Shown piece by piece: positions 11,207-19,074 of a DNA stretch of 64,000 nt. The position numbers and the translations under genes were made by a program. A model generated the notes under the pieces. That model ran no database searches and was not told the origin of the DNA. It was given only the letters and a program-made list of their open reading frames with translations. Each line of letters begins with the position of its first letter. The stretch's first letter is position 1. Origin of the DNA: an uncultured Sulfurovum sp. (GTDB lineage: Bacteria; Campylobacterota; Campylobacteria; Campylobacterales; Sulfurovaceae); NCBI GenBank assembly GCA_902727895.1, contig CACVAP010000090.1, forward strand, positions 5,129-69,128. Direction: 5' to 3'.

Positions 11207-12931
11207 TTAATTAAACTCCTTGCTTCTATACTTATCATTCTCATCATCTAAGAATATCGCTAACCTTTTAATTAACTCTTTAGTCCTATCTTCAAGGTTC
11301 GTACCCACCAATTCATATTCTGAAATTTTTTTCCCTATTTTTCTTACATCTTTTATGTTAGAATTCAAAAATAATTTTACTTGATTATCAAAACTATTAT
11401 AATTTTGGGTAAAGTCTACAACTATTTTATTACCTAAACTTTTTTTAATTTCAGTATATTTATCTGGATAAAATGGAGAAGCCAACCACAGCTTTTTAGT
11501 AAGGTCGTTTCTTTTTTTCTTATCTTCTATTGTTAGAAGTCCATCTTTCTTATCATGTGAATTCATTTTTTGCATTATCTTTTTATCTAAAGTACTCATA
11601 GTGTCATGAATCATTATATAATTAAAAGAAAATAAAGGAGAAATTGCATTTTGCTCATTATTTAAATAAAAACTTAACAGAGTAAAAATATCTAATGATA
11701 AATCTTTTGGAATTTTATAACTATCTTTTACTAACTCATCAATTTTCAATTGAACCATCTCATAATTTTTTAGAATAAATTTTCTAATATATCTTCGAGA
11801 AAATAAAATCAATGAGTCATATTCTTGATGCTTATCTTTAGGATAATCCGTTAAACTAGTTTTATATAATTTTAAAATTAATTCTATATCAATTTTCTTT
11901 TTTTTATCTATATACTTAATAACTTGAAAGTACTTTGCCAATACAGGGTATACTTGTGGTCTATTAGAAACATCATTGTAAAAATTTATAGACTCTATTA
12001 TTCTAAATAAGTCATTAAATATTTCTTGATATTTTTTATGATTAAATGGAGAATCTTCTTTTTCTAAGAAAAAAATTCTTAAGTTAATCTCATTTTCAAT
12101 TTTGTTATTTTTATCAATATGAGCATATATCTTAAAGATTTCATCTATAGAGTAATTTATTTTATCAGAATAACTATATAATTTTTTCCATTGTTGAATA
12201 AACTCTTTATGTTCTAATTCATTTAATGCCATAGAGTATAGTCGTGCCTTAAATATATCAGAAGTAGAAAGACTTAATCCTCTATTATTGATGGTTTCAA
12301 AAATTTTCAATGCTTTTTCTCTAGCTTTATCAGCATCCTCATCTTCTGTTTCAATAGGTAATATATAGATAGAATCTAATAAAAAATCTGAAAACTTCAA
12401 TATATCATTATGTTTTTTAAACTCTTTTAACTCATTATAAAAATAACAAATATTTTTCTTAAATAAATTGTCTTTTTCTTTGATAGAATTACAAATATCA
12501 CTAGAAAGATTAAAAGCTAAAACTTCTTTAAAATAATTAAAATCTTTTTCCATAAAGACAGTGGTTTCTAATCGTTGTATCTCTTCATCTGTTCTTCTAT
12601 CTTTTATCCATATCGCATCATATAGAGCTTTATTATCTTTATCAAAACTCAATAATACCTTTAAAAGTAAAGTTAAAGAAGTAAGTCTCTGTTGACCATC
12701 AATAACCTCTAACTTATTTCTTTCTTCTCTACTTTTAGCAAGAACAATATTCCCCAAAAAATACCCCTCTTGCTCACTATCATAAAATGCTTTTTTTATA
12801 TCTTCAAAAAGTGCTTTACATTCAATATTTGTCCAAGAGTAGGCTCTTTGATATGGAGGAATAATATATTGATTCTCTCCACTAAAAATTTTATATATTG
12901 ATTTTTGTTCTGCATTTAATGTTAACGCCAT
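11207..12931 (-). CDS. DUF262 (GmrSD N-terminal, ParB-like NTPase/nuclease fold) domain protein
   Basis: 574 aa. Has the hallmark DUF262 motifs IPPYQRAYSW and VIDGQQRLTSLTLLL. The C-terminal third resembles a DUF1524 His-Me finger only weakly (IMIHD ... SLGNKIVV ... NYNSFDNQVK). Confidence 0.85.
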   Translation of the reverse strand: MALTLNAEQKSIYKIFSGENQYIIPPYQRAYSWTNIECKALFEDIKKAFYDSEQEGYFLGNIVLAKSREERNKLEVIDGQQRLTSLTLLLKVLLSFDKDNKALYDAIWIKDRRTDEEIQRLETTVFMEKDFNYFKEVLAFNLSSDICNSIKEKDNLFKKNICYFYNELKEFKKHNDILKFSDFLLDSIYILPIETEDEDADKAREKALKIFETINNRGLSLSTSDIFKARLYSMALNELEHKEFIQQWKKLYSYSDKINYSIDEIFKIYAHIDKNNKIENEINLRIFFLEKEDSPFNHKKYQEIFNDLFRIIESINFYNDVSNRPQVYPVLAKYFQVIKYIDKKKKIDIELILKLYKTSLTDYPKDKHQEYDSLILFSRRYIRKFILKNYEMVQLKIDELVKDSYKIPKDLSLDIFTLLSFYLNNEQNAISPLFSFNYIMIHDTMSTLDKKIMQKMNSHDKKDGLLTIEDKKKRNDLTKKLWLASPFYPDKYTEIKKSLGNKIVVDFTQNYNSFDNQVKLFLNSNIKDVRKIGKKISEYELVGTNLEDRTKELIKRLAIFLDDENDKYRSKEFN

Positions 12932-13167
12932 AGCTCTTACCTTTATTACAATTAATTTTATTTTATCATTTTCTTACTTGTTACTTCTCTAAAGCCTAAT
13001 CAATGGTCGAACACAACAAAGTCTTTCAAAATATTTAAATAACCCAAGATTCACACTTCCTCAAAAAAGTAGTAGTTAACAAAAGGAAAAATAATATACT
13101 AGCTATTTTAAGAGAAGTAATTTAAGCCTTTCGGAAAAGTTTTTATTTTATGCGAATTAATTTTAAT

Positions 13168-13189
13168 GGTGGGTTGAAACCCACCCTAC
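13168..13189 (-). repeat. REP-like element (GTAG head plus GC-rich hairpin); may also terminate the cytochrome b gene
   Basis: The minus strand reads GTAGGGTGGGTTTCAACCCACC, with an 8-bp stem GGTGGGTT/AACCCACC. It starts 11 nt after the stop of the 13200..13787 gene. Same head-plus-hairpin design as at 20.7 kb and 31.3 kb. Confidence 0.6.
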
Positions 13190-13199
13190 GAATTGGAAA

Positions 13200-13787
13200 T
13201 TATTTCCCTTCCCCATCATCATGTATCATCCCCGAAATAATTCCTTTTTCATCACGAGCATCAGCAACAATAACACCGACAATATGTAATGGTACAAAAA
13301 CAAGAATAACGTTAAAAACCAATTCATGAATATCTTTAATGTCATGTACTAACTCTTTGGTTAATCCTAATACCTCATGGAAGTGCATTGTTAACCCACT
13401 TATGGTCATAAACAAAATAGTTGCATAAATGAATAAATATCCGTACTTAACCATTTTTTTATGCAAAGTCTCTTTCTCTAAGTTTTGATAATTTTGATTA
13501 CCACTTTCTGTGAAAAAGAGTGCTATCCTCCAAATAACCAGAGCTGTCAAAGCATAACCTAAAAGTATATGCCACTCCCACATAGGTGAACGAATGGCTT
13601 TGGCTAACATTTTTCCTTGTTCTACGGTAATATCGATATTAATCTCAGCAAGTTTCTGAACCAAAAGCTCACTATTGGTTCGCCAACTTAGAAATGTTTT
13701 TCGTAAAAATACGGTTCCAAGTAAACCTAAAATAACCACGGCATGTATCCAGTGCCATATTCTAAAATCTAAACGCCATTTTTGCAT
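13200..13787 (-). CDS. cytochrome b561 / Ni-Fe hydrogenase b-type cytochrome-like membrane protein
   Basis: 195 aa with four predicted TM helices carrying conserved-looking His residues (RIWHWIHAVVILG, WEWHILLGY, MHFHEVLG, PLHIVG). Confidence 0.65.
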   Translation of the reverse strand: MQKWRLDFRIWHWIHAVVILGLLGTVFLRKTFLSWRTNSELLVQKLAEINIDITVEQGKMLAKAIRSPMWEWHILLGYALTALVIWRIALFFTESGNQNYQNLEKETLHKKMVKYGYLFIYATILFMTISGLTMHFHEVLGLTKELVHDIKDIHELVFNVILVFVPLHIVGVIVADARDEKGIISGMIHDDGEGK

Positions 13788-13825
13788 TGAATATCCTTTT
13801 TTAATTCTTTATCATTTGCGTTAAA

Positions 13826-14677
13826 CTAAGAATCCTTATGCCCCTTAGAAATCAACCTCAAGTACTTCAACGGCGTAACTTTTTTCATCTCTTCAGCCAA
13901 CCACTGTATCTGAAACCATGCAGCACCAGAGTCTCTTAGGTCAAAATAGTTTTTGAGTGAACGAATATTAAAGGTCACTACCATGTCTACTTTCCAATTG
14001 TCGGAAACAATGTGTTTAAATCCATCGCCTACGTTTCTTTTTTTCTTTCCATTTTCTAAGGCTTCAAAAAGTGCTTCAGGGTCGCCTTGTAGCTCTTGTA
14101 CAAATGGCAATGATGACTTAGCAACAGCACCCACTAAAAAGTCTGGGTTTCTTTTGTATTGAAACACAAATTTTTCATAGATAGCTTTTATTTCTATGGC
14201 TAAGTATTCTTCATCCGTAATAACAAAAAGCTTTAAACCTAAAAGTTTTTCTAAGAAAAAGTTAAATGATTCATCACTCTCTACCCCTACCGTTACCGAA
14301 GCCACAAAAGCATTAATCACAGAAGACATGGTATAACGTGTACTACGTACTGAAATGGCTTGGAGTCTATGACGTGCATGTTCTTGTAAAACACCTCTTG
14401 AAGTACCTTCTACTAAAAAAGAAAGCGTTGCATGCTCTATAATAGAATGATGATGATGCACCCATGCTAAATTAGTAAGCAAATCTGAATCTTCTATGTT
14501 ATTAATGGCATCCCTGTCAAGCTCGGTCATTGCATTTTTAACACAATCATTTTCTGAATTATCAAAACTATCGTAACAGGTTCGCGCTGCCATCTCGGCA
14601 ACCCCTAAACCAGAATCTTGAAGAAGAGTTACTTTTGGTTTTTCATATTCTATATTATATTTTTCTATTTTTTCCAT
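13826..14677 (-). CDS. thyX: FAD-dependent thymidylate synthase (ThyX-like), unusually long
   Basis: 283 aa. Contains HHSIIEHATLSFLVEGTSRGVLQEHARHRLQAISVRSTRY (ThyX RHR...S.RSxRY motif) and a later NIRSLKNYFDLR...AAWFQIQWLAEEM. The spacing between the two blocks is about twice what I expect for ThyX. Confidence 0.7.
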   Translation of the reverse strand: MEKIEKYNIEYEKPKVTLLQDSGLGVAEMAARTCYDSFDNSENDCVKNAMTELDRDAINNIEDSDLLTNLAWVHHHHSIIEHATLSFLVEGTSRGVLQEHARHRLQAISVRSTRYTMSSVINAFVASVTVGVESDESFNFFLEKLLGLKLFVITDEEYLAIEIKAIYEKFVFQYKRNPDFLVGAVAKSSLPFVQELQGDPEALFEALENGKKKRNVGDGFKHIVSDNWKVDMVVTFNIRSLKNYFDLRDSGAAWFQIQWLAEEMKKVTPLKYLRLISKGHKDS

Positions 14678-14786
14678 CTCTCAAACACCTCAATATATAA
14701 ACTATTTTTAGATTTTATTATAGCTAAGAATCATAATTATTTTACTTATCTAAAACATTATGACTATGAATGGAATGCTATTACTG

Positions 14787-14792
14787 TATAAT
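14787..14792 (+). promoter_or_regulatory. putative -10 box (TATAAT, TG immediately upstream)
   Basis: ctgTATAATcc lies about 30 nt upstream of the SD (GAAGG) and ATG at 14821, in the divergent thyX/oxygenase intergenic region. Confidence 0.3.
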
Positions 14793-14856
14793 CCATCAAA
14801 ACTGCGACAGAAGGTAAAATATGGGAAGATACCATCCATTAAACGGGACAATATAG

Positions 14857-15588
14857 GTGCATAAAACCATACAACTTAGTAATAAAATATTTTGTGACGA
14901 CTTTTTACATACAGCTGTTACAGAAAATAAATATTTACCCAACCCCTATAATGATTATCCATTTTTAATTATTGAGAATTTTTTAACATCAAAAGAAACT
15001 CAAACCATTAGCAATACCATTCAGCAACAAGCAGAAGTTGCCAAAGCCAAAGTGAAAGCAAAACTTTTAGACAGCATAGAAGTACCTAAAGTTGTAGAAG
15101 AGATTCGTAAAACAAGCCTTCATGTATTACCCCAAGTATTTGAAGAATTGTACATGGAAAAGTTTTTAAGTCATCAGAAAAAGATAGAAGAATTTTTCTC
15201 TATGGGATTACTACAGTCAACACCCTTACAAGTCTTAGTTTATCGTGAAGGTGATTTTTACATCAAACATGCTGATGACTCTCGTGAAATTGTTGATAAA
15301 AATGGAGAGACCGTGGGCTTTAATTGTGTTGTTCCTACGCGAAAACTCTCCACTGTACTTTTTGGAACTTCTCATTCAAGTAATAAAATATCTAATGATG
15401 AGTACACTTTTGAAGGAGGAGAATTGGTTTTTAACTATCTTTTTGATGATAATGGGGACGCCCTTGTTATCTACCCTAAAGCTGGAGAGATGATAATCTT
15501 TTTTTCCAATCCATTTTTTAGCCATGAAGTAAAACCAGTTACCTCAGGCTATCGTTTGAGTATGGTACAGTGGCATAATGCCCTATAA
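14857..15588 (+). CDS. 2OG-Fe(II) oxygenase, prolyl-4-hydroxylase-like
   Basis: 243 aa. HxD in YIKHADDS, distal His in FFSHEVKPV and Arg in GYRLSMVQW, plus PKAGEMIIF. The only in-frame start is GTG at 14857, directly after an in-frame TAG (see findings). Confidence 0.7.
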   Translation: MHKTIQLSNKIFCDDFLHTAVTENKYLPNPYNDYPFLIIENFLTSKETQTISNTIQQQAEVAKAKVKAKLLDSIEVPKVVEEIRKTSLHVLPQVFEELYMEKFLSHQKKIEEFFSMGLLQSTPLQVLVYREGDFYIKHADDSREIVDKNGETVGFNCVVPTRKLSTVLFGTSHSSNKISNDEYTFEGGELVFNYLFDDNGDALVIYPKAGEMIIFFSNPFFSHEVKPVTSGYRLSMVQWHNAL

Positions 15589-16944
15589 TTAGATATCAAG
15601 CTCATTGGTATACTCTTTTACAACCTTTAAGGTTGTAAAACCTGTACCTTCTTCTCCATCTATATTCGCCTTTACATTTATGACAACACCCTCTGCATCG
15701 TATTTAAATACTCTTTTAACATCATCTATAAATGGACACACACCACCTAAAAATGTACTAACTTCACTTTCTATTTGCCCTATACTTGTATAGGTACTCT
15801 CTGTCATATAGTGACAAGCTTCTCTATCCTCTAATGCATACTTAATTTCTTTCTTTATAACTTGACCATCTTTATTATAATCCATAATTTGTAAACGTGA
15901 ATCATAACTTGAAATCGAATGTCTTTCACTTCTAGTTATTTTGTTATCTTCGTCGTAACTCATTTTGTTTACAGCCTTAGCATCACCATAGTAAAGTTCT
16001 TCATAAATAACTTGACCATTATCATTTAACTCAATTATATCTTTAGCTACCTGATCTTCTTCACTCGGAGTTACAACATAGGGATCCTCATAATAAACTG
16101 CTCCTTCATACATAGAATAGTCTTCATCTACTAAATCATTTTCGTTAGTACCTCTTTTAGTAGTAACAACTGTTCCATTATCATCATAGGTATGAGCTGA
16201 ATAATAAATAGATTCACCTTGAGCATCAAACGTTTGAGATGTTAAACGATTAGCATTGTCATCATAAGTATATGATATTTTCCTATTTTCACTAGGATAG
16301 AGATAATACTCAACAGTTCGTTCTGTCAAATTACTGTTTTCATCATAAAATGAATACTCTTTTAAGTAAGTACCATCATCATAAAGAACATACATTCCTT
16401 GATGGTTCATAGTCTGCTTTTCAACAGAAAGTAAATTCCCATAGTGAGGGTCATAATTTAAACGCTTAATACTATAATAATCATATGCATTTACTGTTAC
16501 AGAACTATTTGTTTCTGTGCCATTAGCATCTCTCACCACAACGGTAATGTCATGCTCGCCTTTCGAAAAAGCCTTTTCTAGCGTTGCACCCATATCAATA
16601 AGTTCTTTACCTTCATACCACCAGTAATTACATCTACTTATCTCAGTCGTATTATTTACCTCTGCTACTAACTTAAGTACTGTGTCTCTAGTTATGTTTA
16701 AATCACCTTTAATACTTATTGAAAACCTTTTAGCTTCTTCTGTTTCATTTACTTCACCTGTTTTATTCATCTCGTCCATACTGTTATTATAAACTTCTAA
16801 AATTCCTTCTCCTATCAAAATCTCCGATGGTGCCGTAACTGTTTGAGGTGCAGGCATTCCATCAATATCTGTATGATATAAATAAAAAATAATCAGCGTT
16901 AATAGCATAGGTATAATTAAGAGTTTTTGTATTAGTTTTTTCAT
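15589..16944 (-). CDS. membrane-anchored/secreted protein with a PKD-like Ig domain and YD-repeat-like segments
   Basis: 451 aa. N-terminal hydrophobic anchor LLIIPMLLTLIIFYLY. PKD-like block GEHDITVVVRDANGTETNSSVTVNA. Several Y-x-YD-x-x-(G/N) repeats, for example YTYDDNANRLTSQTFD and HTYDDNGTVV. Confidence 0.55.
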   Translation of the reverse strand: MKKLIQKLLIIPMLLTLIIFYLYHTDIDGMPAPQTVTAPSEILIGEGILEVYNNSMDEMNKTGEVNETEEAKRFSISIKGDLNITRDTVLKLVAEVNNTTEISRCNYWWYEGKELIDMGATLEKAFSKGEHDITVVVRDANGTETNSSVTVNAYDYYSIKRLNYDPHYGNLLSVEKQTMNHQGMYVLYDDGTYLKEYSFYDENSNLTERTVEYYLYPSENRKISYTYDDNANRLTSQTFDAQGESIYYSAHTYDDNGTVVTTKRGTNENDLVDEDYSMYEGAVYYEDPYVVTPSEEDQVAKDIIELNDNGQVIYEELYYGDAKAVNKMSYDEDNKITRSERHSISSYDSRLQIMDYNKDGQVIKKEIKYALEDREACHYMTESTYTSIGQIESEVSTFLGGVCPFIDDVKRVFKYDAEGVVINVKANIDGEEGTGFTTLKVVKEYTNELDI

Positions 16945-17098
16945 CTGATTCTTCCTTATTTTTTAGAGTATATATTTAAGTCATGCTTTACTATGATTAA
17001 AAAACTATACTTAATTCTATTTTTAAACTTTATGAACTATTTTTCCAAGAGAAATAGTAATTTTATAAGCCATACACCATCTGTTAACGAATTTTTCA

Positions 17099-17104
17099 TA
17101 TAAT
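17099..17104 (+). promoter_or_regulatory. putative -10 box (TATAAT)
   Basis: caTATAATtcgc follows a T-rich tract about 70 nt upstream of the 17173 start. The same TATAATTCGC decamer precedes the aminotransferase gene at 50800. Confidence 0.25.
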
Positions 17105-17172
17105 TCGCAATAATTTAGGGAATTTAAAGAAATTTATAGGAAATTATTCTTAACAGTAAAGAAAGGGAAACT

Positions 17173-19005
17173 TTGATAACTAATAATAAAAAGAAAGATT
17201 GGGTAGATTTTTCTGCTAAAATTGTTTATTTATATGAAAATTTATTTAAAAATGACAAGAATATGCTTATCCAATACTTTTCAGATAAAACAGCTAAACA
17301 ACAACTAAGTAACCGTAAAAAGACCATCGAGAATTGGTTAGAAGGAAAAACTAAAAAGCCAAATGGATTTCACCTTTCAAAATTTAAGATAAATGAATAC
17401 ACCCTAAATGGAGAACTACTACTCCCAAAAATAGCCTTTGAAAAATGGTCACTGGAAACTTTTCAAAAAAGAGTCAATCGCTATTTATTACAGAAGCAAG
17501 AGATAGACGTTCCCCATAAAATGAAATATATTTATTTTTTCAGTACCAGAGAAAGCAAACTAAGTTATTTTGAAATCAGCTATCCAAAGCCAGAAAATGA
17601 TGCTATTATTAGTGTAACTTCCCCAACCTATACCCTAAATTCAATCTATCATGGAAGTATTACTGTTCATAGTAGTATGTGTTATATAAATGTTCAAAAT
17701 GACTTTGACTACATGAATTACATCTTTAAAAACAATGCAGACTTCTATACAGATGAAATAAAAGTCTTTGGTGTTGCCCAAGCTGTGGATGCACTAACAA
17801 GAGAGCCCAAAGCTTTTTTGACCCTTCTAACTTCCAACAAATTAACTGCTGAAGAAGAATGCCGTTATGCCCATAAACTAAACTACTCCAACCTTATGAT
17901 TGCAGATGATTTTACTCATGGATGTGCCTTAGAACGTGACTACTTTTTAGAAAACTTTTCCCAAAAAATTCGTGACCTATACAGAGACACAAACCATTAT
18001 GCCATTAATGAGCATTTTAAAAATGATATGTACTTTGACATCGTACTGCAAGAGTATCAATCATATATAGAGTTACTAGAAAAGTCTCTTTACCACAATG
18101 ACTACCCCATTAACCACAAACGTCAATCCATCTTGTTTGCCTTAGAACATATGTGTAAAGAAAAAAAAGAAACAGCGACCATACTCTATCATCTCGATAG
18201 TGAGAGTTTAAGCATACTCGACTCTAAAAACTCTATTATGGACATGCAACTTAAACTGGTCAAAGCAGATAAATTAACACTCTCTTACCTCTTCACCATT
18301 GAAGATATATCACTCATCACAGAAAGGGTTATTCAACAAATTCAATATTTAGAAAAAAACAACATCTCTGTTAAACTAACGAATAATTCAAGGTCTATTT
18401 ATTCTAAAATTTTAATTGTCTATAACAAAGACTTTGCGATTTACAAAAGAAAAAATGAACAGACTGACAACCATGTCACTAAAAGTGCAGGCAGGATTGA
18501 GCGTTTAGGCTATGAAGTTGAGGCATTGGAAAAAGATGCTATTTGTATTGATGACTTTCTTGAAGAGAACTACCCACTCAATGGACGATGGTACCACTAC
18601 TCTTTTACTTCAAAAAAAGATACAAATGTTTTTCAGGAAACTATCTTCGACATTAAAAACTATACCTTTACAGCATCATACCCCAAAGGTCAACGTATTG
18701 GCTCATTGTTACAGACAGAAGAATATACCTTGATTTTATTACAAAACTCTGTAATCCGATTACATAACATACATTTAAAAGAAAAGATTTTTCATGTGAG
18801 TATCATTGGTAAAGAGATAGGTATACATCATAAAGACGTACTACTCTTTGGGCTCTTTTCTAAAACGAAACTCTCAAATGAACAAGCACTTTTATTACTC
18901 AATAGCATACACCAAAAAGAAGATGAAGAATTTAGAGTCAAAATATGCAACAATTTTGACTCTACTTTAGCATATTTTGATGCCAATGACGACACTTTGA
19001 CTTAA
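17173..19005 (+). CDS. hypothetical protein (610 aa), possible N-terminal XRE-like HTH
   Basis: Long uninterrupted ORF with a TTG start after AAAGGGAAA. The N-terminal segment KTAKQQLSNRKKTIENWLEGKTKKPN resembles the HTH_XRE pattern. I recognise nothing in the rest. Confidence 0.5.
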   Translation: MITNNKKKDWVDFSAKIVYLYENLFKNDKNMLIQYFSDKTAKQQLSNRKKTIENWLEGKTKKPNGFHLSKFKINEYTLNGELLLPKIAFEKWSLETFQKRVNRYLLQKQEIDVPHKMKYIYFFSTRESKLSYFEISYPKPENDAIISVTSPTYTLNSIYHGSITVHSSMCYINVQNDFDYMNYIFKNNADFYTDEIKVFGVAQAVDALTREPKAFLTLLTSNKLTAEEECRYAHKLNYSNLMIADDFTHGCALERDYFLENFSQKIRDLYRDTNHYAINEHFKNDMYFDIVLQEYQSYIELLEKSLYHNDYPINHKRQSILFALEHMCKEKKETATILYHLDSESLSILDSKNSIMDMQLKLVKADKLTLSYLFTIEDISLITERVIQQIQYLEKNNISVKLTNNSRSIYSKILIVYNKDFAIYKRKNEQTDNHVTKSAGRIERLGYEVEALEKDAICIDDFLEENYPLNGRWYHYSFTSKKDTNVFQETIFDIKNYTFTASYPKGQRIGSLLQTEEYTLILLQNSVIRLHNIHLKEKIFHVSIIGKEIGIHHKDVLLFGLFSKTKLSNEQALLLLNSIHQKEDEEFRVKICNNFDSTLAYFDANDDTLT

Positions 19006-19074
19006 CAGGAATTATGCTAAAATTCACCCAATATTTTACGCCTACTTATCTAGCGTAATTCCAAAGGAATTTTA

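Noticed and set aside
11206-11247. N-terminal extension of the ATPase ORF in the track (MMRMISIEARSLIK...), overlapping the DUF262 gene by 41 nt.
   Set aside because: The internal ATG at 11205 is preceded by AAGGAG at ideal distance and sits 1 nt after the upstream stop. ABC ATPase heads also normally begin a few residues before the first beta-strand (MKINNMIIRNF).
9651-13167. Direct repeats, att-like sites or integrase/transposase remnants flanking the low-GC DUF262/ATPase islet.
   Set aside because: I found only short AT-rich similarities (for example AATTATTTTAAT versus AATTAATTTTAAT), which are not distinguishable from chance. No recombinase gene or tRNA target lies nearby.
19009-19070. 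Inverted repeat GGAATTATGC...GCGTAATTCC and the AATTCC-AAA-GGAATT dyad overlapping the sulP ribosome-binding site, considered as a riboregulator or operator.
   Set aside because: The stems are short (6-9 bp) and AT-rich, with a 34-nt loop for the longer one. I know of no conserved riboswitch architecture that matches.
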